Below, in pieces: positions 1 through 12,434 of a stretch of 64,000 bases of DNA. The notes below the pieces were generated by a model. That model was not told where the DNA came from. It did no database searches and saw nothing but the letters and a program-made list of their open reading frames with translations. Source of the DNA: Styela clava (taxonomy: Eukaryota); the NCBI RefSeq assembly GCF_964204865.1, contig NC_135259.1, positions 19,902,001-19,966,000 on the forward strand, written 5' to 3'. Every line of letters begins with the position of its first letter. Positions within the stretch are counted from its first letter, which is position 1. A program made the position numbers and the translations under genes.

Positions 1-1124
1 AATCGAAGTAAATTATCTGTTCAGCAGGGAAAGGTACGCTCGACTTTTATTTGTCCAGAGGCTTTGGAGGGTAAATAGGCACACGCCGCCATTTAGGATG
101 CTTGAATGAGAAAATTAAATTAGTAAATTACACTTTCCGACCCTCGACGCGTCTGAAGAGCCACAAAAGCCTAATGTGGCATAAATCAGTTAAATCAATT
201 GATTTGAGATGTAAATATTCCGTAATATACCTGGGTATCAATTTTGCTACGCACTTTGCCGATAGAAGGCCAATGATTTATTAGGTTAGCTTGACATTTA
301 TAGCCATATTTAAATCACAGTGTGTATGCGCAGAAATATATTCATTCGTTATGTAGTGAAAACTCAAGGTTGGTTTTACACGTCGTTTTGATAATACACA
401 CGCGTACGCCATGTAAAATATTCATTAGACTGTCAATGAATGAATGATTGTGAACTTCTGTCAGCGTGACGCAAAATCTGAATACAAATAATGATTCTCG
501 TTTTTTATGAATGATAGGTGTAATATAAATATTTGCCATTCGGCTTGCGATTAGCACAGGATTTTTTCATATTCATCGCGGGAGTCAGAAATTCCACGAT
601 AGAAGAAGTCATAACTGACCTGCTGCTACGTGTACTATCGCACATTTGTAATTTACGTCAGCAATAATCTTGACTCTTGTGCATGTATGGGGGAAAAATG
701 GGTGCCCGTTATTACCCCCGTATTATTATTATCATCATACATACGGTAGCGGAGTACACTGTACACCCCAATCTGATCTGAGTTTAATAAGCACATAATA
801 GATCGCAATGTCAAATGTTCTTATATTGAAAAGTTAAGAAAATCACATATTTTCATAGAATCCAACATGCTATTAATACAAAGGGGTTAAATAGCATTAA
901 AATCCATACGCAGATTCGCTACACATGCATTCGTCTTCAACATTATTGTCAGCCTACCTATATTTTCACCATTACGAGACGAATGAGCATACATACATTC
1001 AACAACTCACGAGGGCGATAGGCCCAACAATTAGGGGCGTGTCAAACTTTTCTGTTACCCCACGTTCGGAATAATGATGCCCCTTATATATACCTTCAAA
1101 AATATTTCGGTGAGTAAACAAATT

Positions 1125-1344
1125 GGCGCTTCGGAAGTATGTGTACCAATATGGAGGTAACTAATCTTGTTCTCCTACTTTACATCAAGTTGTGTAAAGG
1201 GACTGAAACCTATGGACAGGGGGGGGGGGGGGGTCCACTTGGCTAACACTGACAGTCCCCGAGCTCGTACGAGAACTGAAATAAGGAAAATCGGAATAAA
1301 ATCATGGCCTAACCCTAACCTGGTACACAGACTACGGGAGTAAT
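1125..1344 (+). mobile_element. Non-autonomous MITE family A (~210 bp, Mutator-like, carries TAACCCTAACC motif)
   Basis: Imperfect TIR (GGCGCTTCGGAAGTATGTGTACCA / TGGTACACAGACTACGGGAGTAAT) with 8-bp TSD AACAAATT. Further copies at about 17650-17848(-), 19734-19898(-), 21845-22040(-), 26455-26664(+, TSD AAGAAAAG), 31560-31720(+), 50626-50820(-), 54161-54617(+, TSD AATAGAAAT). Confidence 0.85.
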
Positions 1345-1607
1345 AACAAATTATAAATGTTGTTATGCATGATAATAAATAATTTGAAGGTCAAGTAAGA
1401 GTGAAATGTTTGTATTTTTATTATTTAAATTATCAAACCCACCCCTATAACGTGCTGCCCGGGGCGACTGCCCCTGTGGCTCCACCATAGACACGCTCCT
1501 ACCAACAATCCTCCCGCACATAATCATACCGATATTGGATTCGAACATAATAATTCACGCCGGTAAAATAAGCGATGTAGATGGTAAACGAGCAGTATGT
1601 TCCACAG

Positions 1608-1794
1608 GGTTCCATTACATTTGAACCCACGTACATTTGAACCCATGACAATTGCACCTGTATGCTATTGCACCTATGGAATTTTTTTTGTTTCACGGAT
1701 AGTTAAACTCATACTAACCCTAACCCATGGGTTTTAGCATCCGCATATAGATTGAACCCGTGGATATACGCATGGGTTCAAATGTACGGTCACC
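1608..1794 (+). mobile_element. Mutator-like MITE family C, copy 1
   Basis: Near-identical to 2487-2672 and 16397-16599. Inverted subterminal repeats TACATTTGAACCCA / TGGGTTCAAATGTA; 9-bp TSD GTTCCACAG. Confidence 0.9.
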
Positions 1795-2486
1795 GTTCCA
1801 CAGCTGTTTATTTCAGGGATGGTGTTTTCAAATTCAGGGGTGGTGGATATTTTGTTAGTAGCGATAAAACTATAACTTATAAAATGTGTTATGTATTTGT
1901 CTGAACATCTGCACCGACAGTAGAGCCAATTTTTGAATATTTGAATACAATTTTATTTACGTTAAGAATTAAAGTATGGAGTCGTATTCGAAATTTAGTG
2001 CGGTTTTTTGAAATTTTAGGAGGGAGGGGGTGTTCACCCTCTATGGGGTGTGGGGGGGGGGGGGTGGGGGGGGGGCTTGTAGGAAAATCACTGTGAGCAA
2101 GTACCGAACTCTTATCAATTCAGATTCGTTTTTCGCTTTCCCTACCTGCCCCCACGGTGGTACAATTCGCGGACTGGTTTGTTTGTATTTGCGCAACTAT
2201 TGGCAATGCTCGTATATGCTATGATTACAACATAGTCGACCGACGCCCGGAACAGGCAATAAGAAGCTCAATAGTGGCACCATGCGACATAAGTATATTA
2301 CAACGGAGGCAATATGTTTAGAAGATAAATAGATTGCAGCTTGCGAAATTGCAACAAGTAGTGTTACGTAACAAACGAGGCAGACAGAACGTAATGAAAG
2401 TAAACGACATAGAAACGTAAAATGAATTTATTGATTCGTATACATAGCATTTACAAAGAAAAAAAAATATTACATTTATATTAAAC

Positions 2487-2672
2487 GGTTCCATTACATT
2501 TGAACCCACGTACATTTGAACCCATGACAATTGCACCTGTATGCTATTGCACCTATGGATTTTTTTTGTTTCACGGATAGTTAAACCCATACTAACCCTA
2601 ACCCATGGGTTTTAGCACCCGCATATAGATTGAACCCGTGGATATACGCATGGGTTCAAATGTACGGTCACC
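2487..2672 (+). mobile_element. Mutator-like MITE family C, copy 2
   Basis: Near-identical to 1608-1794; 9-bp TSD ATATTAAAC. Confidence 0.9.
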
Positions 2673-3737
2673 ATATTAAACACACTAAGTAAAAACTTCA
2701 ATCATATATTACCGTGTTTCCACGAAAATATAACAGGGTCCGGGACTTATTTTGAGGGGATGTCTTTTATTTTTATTACAAAGTAGAAAATTACGAGATT
2801 TTGAAATACGGTATATAAATCGATAATTTAAAACGTGTAGGAGACATTCAGCTCTATTATTTTTATATGAACATGAGGCAAAAGTGCCAAATACCGATGT
2901 CCTCGTGTGTCTGCTGTCCTCATATTATCAGGCTAATGTTGACACTGGGGATTCCTAATGTAACTGTGGTAACATTTTGTGGTTATTATAATGGACAGTT
3001 TTCTTATAAACCAGGTCCTCCAAAAAAGTTTTCAGTACCCAAACTCGGTTGGCTGCGAGCTCTCGCCCGTCCACTGTCGGTTACCCGGACGATTTTAAGC
3101 CCAACCGTATTTTTCAGAACTACTATTGTGGAATTCCGTACCATAAATATTTATTCTCCCTTAACTCTCGGTACTTTACAGACGGCAGGTAACTTCATTC
3201 GGATATCAATCTACTATATTTCCATGTGAGTTTGACCTTGCTTTGAGCACATTTTCTTATAAAAATGTGGTATTTTGACAAATGCCGTGAATGCTAGCTG
3301 ACGATTACCCATTCACTTGTCAATTTCAAAAATATTTAACCAGTTAGTGTTGGTTAATCGCTGTGCATGGACTGATCGGAAATTATTACTGTAGGCTACT
3401 ACTGTGGACAGCGACCGCACAGCCACCCACACTTCACAAAGCAGGTATAGAAACCGGACTCGTCCAGCGAGCGCCGGGATTCAATTCTAAATTCTTGTTG
3501 AATCGTAACTACCAACTCATTCGAATTCTATAAACGTAATAATCAGTCATGATGAAAAATCAACCTATACAACAATTTGCGAGTGCACAATACAAATCGA
3601 CTGACGACATAAGTAAAATGACAACATGTAAACAAATATGGAGACTGATTGTGGTAATTGGTTCTGCAGTACGAACATAACATGCCATACCACGACGCAG
3701 TTCAAAATAAATTATTTAAAAGAACATCATTTATTTA

Positions 3738-4349
3738 CTACATTCTTTTCAGTTTATATAATTCCTCTTCCACATCGTCAATTTGGTCTTCAAGAGCTTT
3801 CTCCCCGTTAATCTTTTCGATCTGAGTATTTTCTAGCTTTTCTCCGTTTTGCAGTCTCTCCTTCAGCTTTGCAATTTGAGTTTGTTTCTTTTGCAGTTTT
3901 TTGAGTTGCTTCGAAAGATATTCAATTTTTACCGAAAGTGAAGCCGCGTTTGCGCGTTCTTGGTTGGCTTTCACCATTTTGTCATGCTCCTCTGAAGTAT
4001 CCTCTTCTTTGCTGTCAATTACTGGAAGCTTTTTAGTAGTAGGAGACAAGATATAATCGAGTTCTTCTTTAGATACAGCTGATTTAACACCGGCCGCAGC
4101 GTCTTGAGAAATCCAAATTTGTTGACGAAGTAAACGAGTTTTTGCAACATCTCCACTTGCTTTCGCTTCTTCAAATTCGGCCTTCAACTTTTGCAGAACT
4201 TCCAAAGCTGTGTTAGCGACGTTTCCAGTGCGATTCTGGTCGACTTCTCTAAGTGCATTTTCCCCATTTTGACGACGCTTTGCTGCCTTGCGCTGTTCCT
4301 TTCTTTTAGCACCCTTGCTCTTTGTACCTTCCTGGGTTGCACAGTCCAT
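3738..4349 (-). CDS. Uncharacterised 203-aa basic coiled-coil protein with eIF2A/PYM1-type C-terminal motif
   Basis: Single-exon ORF, likely start MDCATQ (ATG at 4349). The C-terminus KQLKKLQKKQTQIAKLKERLQNGEKLENTQIEKINGEKAL resembles the C-terminal helical hairpin of eIF2A/PYM1. No WD40 region. Confidence 0.7.
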   Translation of the reverse strand: MDCATQEGTKSKGAKRKEQRKAAKRRQNGENALREVDQNRTGNVANTALEVLQKLKAEFEEAKASGDVAKTRLLRQQIWISQDAAAGVKSAVSKEELDYILSPTTKKLPVIDSKEEDTSEEHDKMVKANQERANAASLSVKIEYLSKQLKKLQKKQTQIAKLKERLQNGEKLENTQIEKINGEKALEDQIDDVEEELYKLKRM

Positions 4350-4775
4350 AGCGAGCGGACAACAGCGATATGTCCACAGCGCAAAACAACACAAGTACTT
4401 CGTACACGTAAACAAAGCTGACGCATAGACGAAGAAATTTAAAAAATACTTCTCCGCGAGGAGACGCATGTGTGCAGACTATTGCGAAATAAAATTACTC
4501 TACCGTGACTTTTGATTGCCGGCTGCCTTCGCTGGCATTTTCTCAACAAGGGTATTATTTCCAGTCATCGACCTTTGGACGGTTGCGCCATGGAAATGTC
4601 GGGCGATTTTAACGCATACGGGAGGCGTTAACAAATTTCGCGAAGGTCAAAATCCACCGCACGAAAAATATTTCGCCATTCCGTCTTTAGGTTTTGTACG
4701 TGAAGGGTCTCCTGCTTTTAAGCTAAACCTCGTTTTCCTATTCACACGCGTTTTGTTTCCACGTGATTTGTGACC
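4350..4775. promoter_or_regulatory. Probable bidirectional promoter
   Basis: About 430 bp, relatively CpG-rich, between two divergent start codons (4349 on -, 4776 on +). Confidence 0.5.
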
Positions 4776-6026
4776 ATGGGCGACGAAAGCGCGAATTCCA
4801 AAATAATAGATTTATGTGAAGGTAGTGAAGATGATAAATCGTTAAAAGACAAGCAAGAGGAATTCTCAATGGCAGACAAAAAGACAGAGCGAATGTCAGA
4901 AACAGTACGAAAGACTATTATTGGTGTTGTAATTGTGGTGCTCTTGGCAGTATCGTGGGTTGGAGCTCAGCAAACAGCGCAAACGGCTGTTCAGTGGGGC
5001 AATTTTGAAGCTCCTTACTTTACCACATGGTATGGAACTTGTTGGATGGTGCTTTGCTTCCCTGGTTATGCAATTTTCGTTATCATCTCCGAACGTGATA
5101 AAGCAAAGATAATTCATGCTTTCAAGGAATCTACTCATATATTTGGCCCACAAAGTGTTACCATGGCACAATTTTTTAAAATTATATGGAGCCTAAATGC
5201 AATCTGGTTGGCCGTGAACTCACTTTATGTCTTCGGACTCAAATTTATCTATGCAACCGATGCATCTGCGATCATGGCTTCAAATGTTGCGTTCGTGTAC
5301 ATGCTATCACTATGCCTACTTAAAGAAAAATTATACGCGATACGGATCATCGCATCTTTCCTATGCATCTGCGGTGTTGTGCTTTTTGGTTACGCAAAAG
5401 GTTTTCAAGGAAGTGAACATCTTCTTCAAGGAGTTTTGATGATTATCGCATCCGCATTTGGTGCCGCAGTGTATAAAGTCGTTTTCAAAAAAGTAGTGGG
5501 GAATGCTTCATTAGGACAAGTATCACTATTTTTAACACTACTGGGACTGAGTAATACGCTTCTGATGTGGACTGTAAGTGTATGCTTATATGTTGCAGAA
5601 GTTGAAAAATTCGGTTGGTCTGATATTCCATGGCAAGCTGTAAACCTATCAGCTCTACTCAGCCTTATTTTCAACTTTTTGGTGAACTTTGGCATCGCGT
5701 ATACTTACCCACTGTTCATATCAATTGCAATGATGATTGGAATCCCGCTCAATGCTGGTGTAGATGTGATATTTCGACATGGAACATTCAGCGCTATACG
5801 ACTTGTTGCCGCAGTGTTAGTATTTTCTGGATTTGCTATCATGCTTTTCCCTGATTCATGGAACGACCCAATTCATTCTATTCTGCAATGTAAGACTGAA
5901 AACCCTGAAGGAAAGGAAGAAGAAATGATCAAACTGAAAACTAACCGTGATGAGGAAGAGAAAGCAACTCAAGGATCTTCATCACCAGAGAAATCACCTT
6001 TATTTGTAACTGAAGAAATAGCTTAA
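4776..6026 (+). CDS. SLC35F3: SLC35F3/F4-like (DMT/EamA fold) solute carrier, putative thiamine transporter
   Basis: Intronless 416-aa ORF (ACCATGG start) with about 10 TM segments and family motifs AVSWVGAQQ, APYFTTW, YKVVFKK, FNFLVNFGIAYTYPLFISI. The F3 versus F4 paralog cannot be resolved. Confidence 0.85.
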   Translation: MGDESANSKIIDLCEGSEDDKSLKDKQEEFSMADKKTERMSETVRKTIIGVVIVVLLAVSWVGAQQTAQTAVQWGNFEAPYFTTWYGTCWMVLCFPGYAIFVIISERDKAKIIHAFKESTHIFGPQSVTMAQFFKIIWSLNAIWLAVNSLYVFGLKFIYATDASAIMASNVAFVYMLSLCLLKEKLYAIRIIASFLCICGVVLFGYAKGFQGSEHLLQGVLMIIASAFGAAVYKVVFKKVVGNASLGQVSLFLTLLGLSNTLLMWTVSVCLYVAEVEKFGWSDIPWQAVNLSALLSLIFNFLVNFGIAYTYPLFISIAMMIGIPLNAGVDVIFRHGTFSAIRLVAAVLVFSGFAIMLFPDSWNDPIHSILQCKTENPEGKEEEMIKLKTNRDEEEKATQGSSSPEKSPLFVTEEIA

Positions 6027-8996
6027 ATTTATAATTTTTTGCACAGCGCTTATTTAAGCCTTTGGCTCCAAACAGGGCCCGCTACAAGCAGCTACTGGCA
6101 TGTAAGGGGCTACAAAAATTTGAAGTACCGTCAGTATTACCCATCCAAGTTATTGTACCCTGAGTAAGATGGTAGGATTGGCTTTCAAACCAAGATGTGT
6201 AAACTGTGATGCCCACATGGTTAACAATAGCCCCCATGATGTGCTGAATATTTTTTATTTGACTTTAATATCCAAACATCACTTGACACAAACAAAAGAA
6301 TTTTGATTTTATCTTGATACTTATATAATATTTAATATAATCAATGAACCCTAAATGAGCAGAATCAGATCATTATAGTTCATGTATTTCTAAACAATCT
6401 TTTACTAAAAGTCTGATATGGTAACTTGCGTATAATTTTTTCTTGTGGCTTCAAAATTTGGTCACTGATACGTAATTAAGCTCTTATTTATGGTGGATCT
6501 GAAACTTGGTAATTCATCATTGCAAACCCAATTTCTTACAGACTTTAGGAAGACTCACTGATATGTAAAGAGCGGATATTATTGCAGGAATGGAATCTTT
6601 GTGGCCCAATTTATTACACCCTTGGTGAATCGATAGGTGTAGGATCGAATCCACCTCATATGCCAACATAGTTTGTTCCAATGCTATAACCGCTAGCCAG
6701 TAGTGAGATTCAGCCGGTTCTATAGAACCATCTCAAAAAATTTTATCCGATCACTGAACCGATTAGCATTAAATGACCTTTTGTAACAGAACCGCCTGAA
6801 CAATATGACATTTGTGTGATAGAACCGGCTGACAAAAAAATTTGAATCCCACCAAGAGTCTTGCGGCTCTGAATAGCTAATCAAGCTGCAAACAATTGCC
6901 CGGCCTCGGCTACGCCCCTGCTAGGCCATCACACTTCGATGATCTTTGGTAGTATCGCTACCTCCCAGTCTATATCGGATTAAGTGCTGTTTAATTCAAT
7001 TTTTTATCATTTATATTTTGGTTGACAAAAATAATGAATTTTCTCTCTTCCTGGAGCATATATAGGTACACTACCCGACTACCCTACTGGGTGCCAGATA
7101 TGCTCATGTCTCATTGTTACTAAATTTTGCCAAAATCTTATGAAAACACATAACACTCTGCACACATTTACCAGTCTAAATTCTTATGTAGAATGCAATT
7201 TCATCTTGACTGTAGAAGCTAATGAACCTTGACTAGCCAGAATCTTACTATCATAACCAGCCTGTGCCAATGATGCTAGTCATGCTTCTTTGCCTCTACA
7301 GCCAGGAGGAACTCTATAAATAACTAGCCTCGCCCTTTTTATTTTGTCGTATTTATTTATTAAATTATTGCTTTTAAATTATAGTAGAATGGCGATTGTA
7401 TGCAACATTGAGTACAGCTTGCAACCAACACTTGATGCTGATAGTTTATATCTTCAAACTTTTTTCATCACGATCCACTTTGCACGGCCATATTTATATG
7501 CTTTGGGCTCCGAACTAGGCCCTGCAAAGGTAGCCAATGCTAGGTAAAGAGCTACGATAGTTTGTAAGCTCCGGGAATCTTTCAAGTTTAGCATTGCCTA
7601 CCGCTGGTCGGTTACGACTTCCATCACCAAATCCATGTATCCGAAAACAAGTAACTGGCTAACTAATCCCATCCCTGGTAAACGGACGAGAGGGCGAGGT
7701 TCGCCATATGATTAAGCCGTCTTATCGGTTTTCCTATCCCCTGGGATAAATATGTGAATCCTATCCTTATCAATGTACACTCAATTTATAACATAACACC
7801 ATCAATTAGTGAATATTTCTTTGACTTCCGAATACTTAATTCGTATACATTCACATTGTGAAGTTTTTGACGCTTAGGGAATGATTTTCTTGTGCGATGT
7901 TCAAACCAGTTTACGTCTTCGAAATCACCATGTTGTTCCAAAATAATTTAAAAGTGGCCAAACGACGTAGTTGTATTTTTTAAAATTCAAATACTCAAAT
8001 TATAACTTTTATAGTGGAATTGTTTTTCTGAATATATATCCAGATTCGTACTTTGAAAATCTTTTGAATACACTATTTTTTTTTGACCCTCAAAATATAT
8101 AAACTTTGTTTCAAAGTTGTAAAAATGAATTACACTATTGACATATTTCCTATTGCCTACAATCGACACAAATTTAAATTCTTCATCGGTGCGCTCTTTG
8201 ATAATACACTTTGTAACATACTATAGATCAGTGTTTCTCAAACAGTGGGGCGTAACCCACAAGGGGGCGTAAACAATTTTTTTTGAGGAGAGGTGAAGCT
8301 AATTGATACATTCGTAAGATTTGGTCTTGCCTGCCTCATTTTGGATATTTACATTTCTTTATTGTTCAACAATTGCGATTTCATCCACACATTTAAACAT
8401 GTTTTTTGAATAAAACATACTTTCGCCTTACTATCTATTATTTGTGGATTATTGTTAGTTTTTTATTTTTGATGTGAGCGCACACTAAAAAGGGGGCACG
8501 GCATAAAAAGTTTGAGAAGCACTGCTCCAAGATATTTCATGAAATTTTGCACGGTCATCTTTAAGTAATTATCTATTTTGTACTATTAGACAATAAGTTC
8601 TTTCATATTATTTATTGATGCTTTTTTACACAATGTTTTTTGATCATGATTTCAGTTTTATCAGCTTGTTCGGAGATTATTTTTATTGCGTTCGAAGGGG
8701 GAGGGGGGTATGCCCTTTTATTGATAGACGCAACAGGACTGAGGCACTTTTTGTTATTTTTGCCAAAACCCTTTTCAATAACATACCAGACTCAACAGCT
8801 GTAACATTTTGTTGTTTTTGCTAAAACTTCAATACTACTCTAGACTGAAAGCATAGGGACACCCAGTTTACAAAGTAATAAGTTACTGCCCCCCCCCCCC
8901 TCCTCCCCATCAAAATGAGGTTTGACCCCCACCTTTCTCTGTTTATTCTAGTGAGCATATATCAATGAGTTGAACAGAGAACGTGAGGCACTAACC

Positions 8997-9257
8997 CAGG
9001 GGGGCAAATTACAGCCAGCGGGCCGGATTCGGCCAACTTGTGCCTGCTGAAAATACCACTGTGGTTTTTACCAGTTGAAATTGAAGTTATAATGACCTTA
9101 ATTGTTACATAGTGCTTCTCATTATTATATAAACATTAGCCTAGCTCTTGTAAATAAACTGTTTTTTATTCATAGTTTTTCATATTGAGTTTTGAGCCCA
9201 GTAAGCAATTCTATTATCTGTAACTGGCCCACTCAGAAAAGTAATTGCCCACCCCTG
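8997..9257. mobile_element. Non-autonomous hAT-type MITE
   Basis: Termini CAGGGG...CCCCTG with 8-bp TSD CACTAACC. Confidence 0.8.
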
Positions 9258-9467
9258 CACTAACCTAACTCATCCTAATCGTGCCTAAGATGAACGGAAT
9301 TGAATAGATCTCAATAACAAGATAGCACCATATTTCTTCTAACTAAAAGTTCAGTTCCATGGTCAAGTTCCAATTCAATTGAATTTAATTTTTTTGTATT
9401 GCTATACTAATACTGTATTTGGAAATTTTTTCGTATAGAGTTTAAAGATAATTAGAATAAGAAAACC

Positions 9468-10904
9468 ATGGATAGGCGTATGGCTCGAAAGCTGGTAGTA
9501 GATGAAGCGCCAAACAGACTATTTTTAAAATATTTAGCTGAGTGGCGAGATGAAGACAAAGAAAAAGGCGATAAAAGTTCTTTTACTTACAATAAAGCAT
9601 ATAAAAGTCTAAAGAAATACCCGCTTCCATTACAATGCGGTGCTGAAGCCAAAATTCTAGAAAATTTCGGCGACAAAATTTGCAAAATGCTTGATGATCG
9701 ACTCGCAAAAGATGCAGAAAATGATGGTTCAACGCCGGTAGAATTTCTAGAAAAATCAAGAAAAGTTCCAGCATCATGGTGGGATAAGGTTAATAAAGAA
9801 GCACCAGTTGCGAAAAAAAAACCAGCTAAGAGAAGGAAAAAAGCAGAGGAGAGCACTCAAGAAAAAAAGAAGCCAAAGACCAAAACAATAACTGAGATGT
9901 TCGGAGTGCAGGTAAAAGAAAAAGAGCTGGGTGTTTCCCAAGAATCTAGTAAAATAAATAACTTGAACAATAATAATGAACCAGGCGGTCCAAAAATAGG
10001 GGTCACGACCTCACCTTATAAAAGTCAGGAAATCATGACTTCCTCTCCTGTGTTCACACTTTCACCTGGAGAATTTGATATTGTGTTATGTGTTGATACG
10101 AGGGAAACGATGGGGGAATCAAGACGAAACGAAATGGGGGTGGAGTTGAATAAACAAAATGTTTGTTACGAGCAACGTACACTTCATATCGGAGATTTTT
10201 TGTGGATTGCGCAAGAAAAACCTGCTCTTTGTGTCGGTAGGAAACCAAAAGAACTTGTTTTAGATTATATTATCGAACGAAAAATTTTATCTGATCTTTC
10301 AATGTCAATCAAAGATGGCCGATTTCGAGAACAGAAAATTCGTTTGAAACAATCCGGAATCGGGAATATCATCTATTTGATAGAAAATATGGGAAATATA
10401 GAAAATCAAAGCCTACCGGAGCAAACATTAAGACAAGCTATATATAACACCCAAATTGTTGATAACATATGTGTGAAATTTACAAAAAATGCGAAAGCGA
10501 CAGTACGTTATCTCGATTTAATGACAAAACATCTACAACGCTCATACTTGACTTTTACACTTGAGGCAGTAGAGATTTCTGATTCTCAAGGTGACTTTTC
10601 CCAACCTGAAACTAAGAAATTAACTCCTTTTAATGTATTCAATGAAATGGGTTCCAAGCGTAAAAAATTAACAATTAAAGAAATGTTTATACGTCAGTTG
10701 ATGCAAATTCACGGTATGTCGTACGATAAAGCATCAGCGGTTACAGCACTATATGAAACTCCGAATCAGTTGGTGGAAAAATATCGTAATTTACCTTCTG
10801 AAAAGGAGAAAGAAGAATTGATAAGTAAAGTTAAATTCGGATTGACTGAACGAAACCTCGGAATAGCCATGAGTCGGGTGGTGCACAAAGTTTATTCAAC
10901 ATAA
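9468..10904 (+). CDS. MUS81: Crossover junction endonuclease MUS81
   Basis: Intronless 478 aa. N-terminal HhH (KAYKSLKKYPLPL...FGDKIC), ERCC4 nuclease motifs VDTRE, GDFLW, ERK..DL..SIKDGRFREQK, and C-terminal HhH2 (QLMQIHGMSYDKA). Confidence 0.95.
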   Translation: MDRRMARKLVVDEAPNRLFLKYLAEWRDEDKEKGDKSSFTYNKAYKSLKKYPLPLQCGAEAKILENFGDKICKMLDDRLAKDAENDGSTPVEFLEKSRKVPASWWDKVNKEAPVAKKKPAKRRKKAEESTQEKKKPKTKTITEMFGVQVKEKELGVSQESSKINNLNNNNEPGGPKIGVTTSPYKSQEIMTSSPVFTLSPGEFDIVLCVDTRETMGESRRNEMGVELNKQNVCYEQRTLHIGDFLWIAQEKPALCVGRKPKELVLDYIIERKILSDLSMSIKDGRFREQKIRLKQSGIGNIIYLIENMGNIENQSLPEQTLRQAIYNTQIVDNICVKFTKNAKATVRYLDLMTKHLQRSYLTFTLEAVEISDSQGDFSQPETKKLTPFNVFNEMGSKRKKLTIKEMFIRQLMQIHGMSYDKASAVTALYETPNQLVEKYRNLPSEKEKEELISKVKFGLTERNLGIAMSRVVHKVYST

Positions 10905-12434
10905 AAGTTACCGTAATTACCTAATAATCAAATTTTGCTTTTTTATGACCAAAGTTGTTGAATAATGATGAATAATGTTAAAACATATTTTTTCTTTGTT
11001 GTTCATTTTGCATTTGGTATTAAATTGTTGCACGAAAGTACCGTAATTGAATATATGAGAAGTATCACAGCATCTATTTTGCTTTCGCCACAATTTCAAA
11101 TGTATTTTTTAAAATTGGGGTCACTCGAAAAGGTTGGAAATCGCTGCCAAGGTACACAGGGTGACCTGAAAAGTAAAATCAATTTTTTCAACTAGCATTG
11201 TGGCCTATTAGGGAGTCACGGTCCCCTGGTAGGGAGGGATTTTTCAACCCACATTTTCAAAACTTGAAAAAAAAGCCTGTTTCAGGAAAATAAGGGATAC
11301 ATATTTTTGATTGATGACTCCTGCAACTTTTTATTGAAATTTTTGGTGAAAGTCAATTGAAATTATGATTAGAAAACTAGTTCAGAAAGTATTTATTTCT
11401 TAGTAATTTTCAAAATTTCAACATTTGCTCTTTTGTTATGGAATGCATCGATTTATTTTCAGTATCATGTGACGTAGAGACTCTTGCACACAACTATCAA
11501 AGTAAACATGCAGGAAATGATATCACTCTGACTGATTGATTCCTTTGCTTATGCTTTGGTAATTTCAACACAACACAGATTTATATTGTGTTTTGTCTAA
11601 GCACATGTTTGCAATGGGGTTTGAAATTTATTCCAATCCTCTTCCCCAATAAACATGAAACAATTGTGTAGTGTCCATGTCTAATATGGTCTTAGTTAAA
11701 TAGTTATTCATTTCAGATACAAGAACTTGATGGCGGAGGAAGTTATAAGCGACCAGCGGTTACTGGTATCCCCTATGCTTTGCGGAGTAGTCCAGCAATC
11801 ACCTCGCACATGATTATCCCGCATGGTATTCGAACCTGCGAACCCATACAGGTCGACCAAAAATGTTCCCAACGCTTCCCTTTTTTTCACGCTTACTTAG
11901 TGTGTTTTACACAACTTGCCTTTCATTACACAATTTATTAATTCTGCCATTTTTTTTGTATTCATGTCAGTGCACGCTTTTCTTTCAAAATAAGCACACT
12001 CCTTTATTGAGAGTTCTTCAGCTCAGTTATCGCTGTCTCTTGAAATGTGCCTATCACAAACTACAAAAAACTGTATTATTGAATCCTATTTACCTCAAGA
12101 ATTATCGCTGCTATGTTTTGCTTTCTGCATGCCAATCTTCTTCTCGAAATGGCATATTTACTTTATTCATTCTGTTTATAAAGTGTATTTTTTGTATGAT
12201 GAAAAAACAAACTTTTCTTCTGGATTATCCATTTTTCTAATCTGGTTAAAGATCTGACTTTTATCGTGGTTATTATATCTTACCAAATACATTGCACATT
12301 TCCTTATCTCTATTCTCAGATTAGTTGACAAAAGTTTCATGAATTAAATATAAAATGTCCCTTTTTTCAGGAATATATTTATCACATTTGTTACTTCATT
12401 ATATGCATTTTCAGGTTTAGTTTCACAAAAAAGA

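Noticed and set aside
1311-1321. Telomere or chromosome-end remnant (TAACCCTAACC)
   Set aside because: It is never more than about two units and is always inside MITEs.
2016-2075. Functional G-quadruplex from poly-G runs (also 1219-1233, 41939-41960)
   Set aside because: These are homopolymer tracts within or next to repeat elements, with unreliable length and no supporting context.
1499-2590. Repeated short ORFs (…HRCNSIQVQLSWVQMYVGSNVMEP; also the [11 protein letters not shown] ORFs at 18917, 22222, 54211, 56148)
   Set aside because: They are chance translations of MITE families B and C, not a protein family.
3546-3608. C/D-box snoRNA (ATGATGA...CTGA)
   Set aside because: It is too short (~55 nt), has no recognisable guide, and has no evident host intron on that strand.
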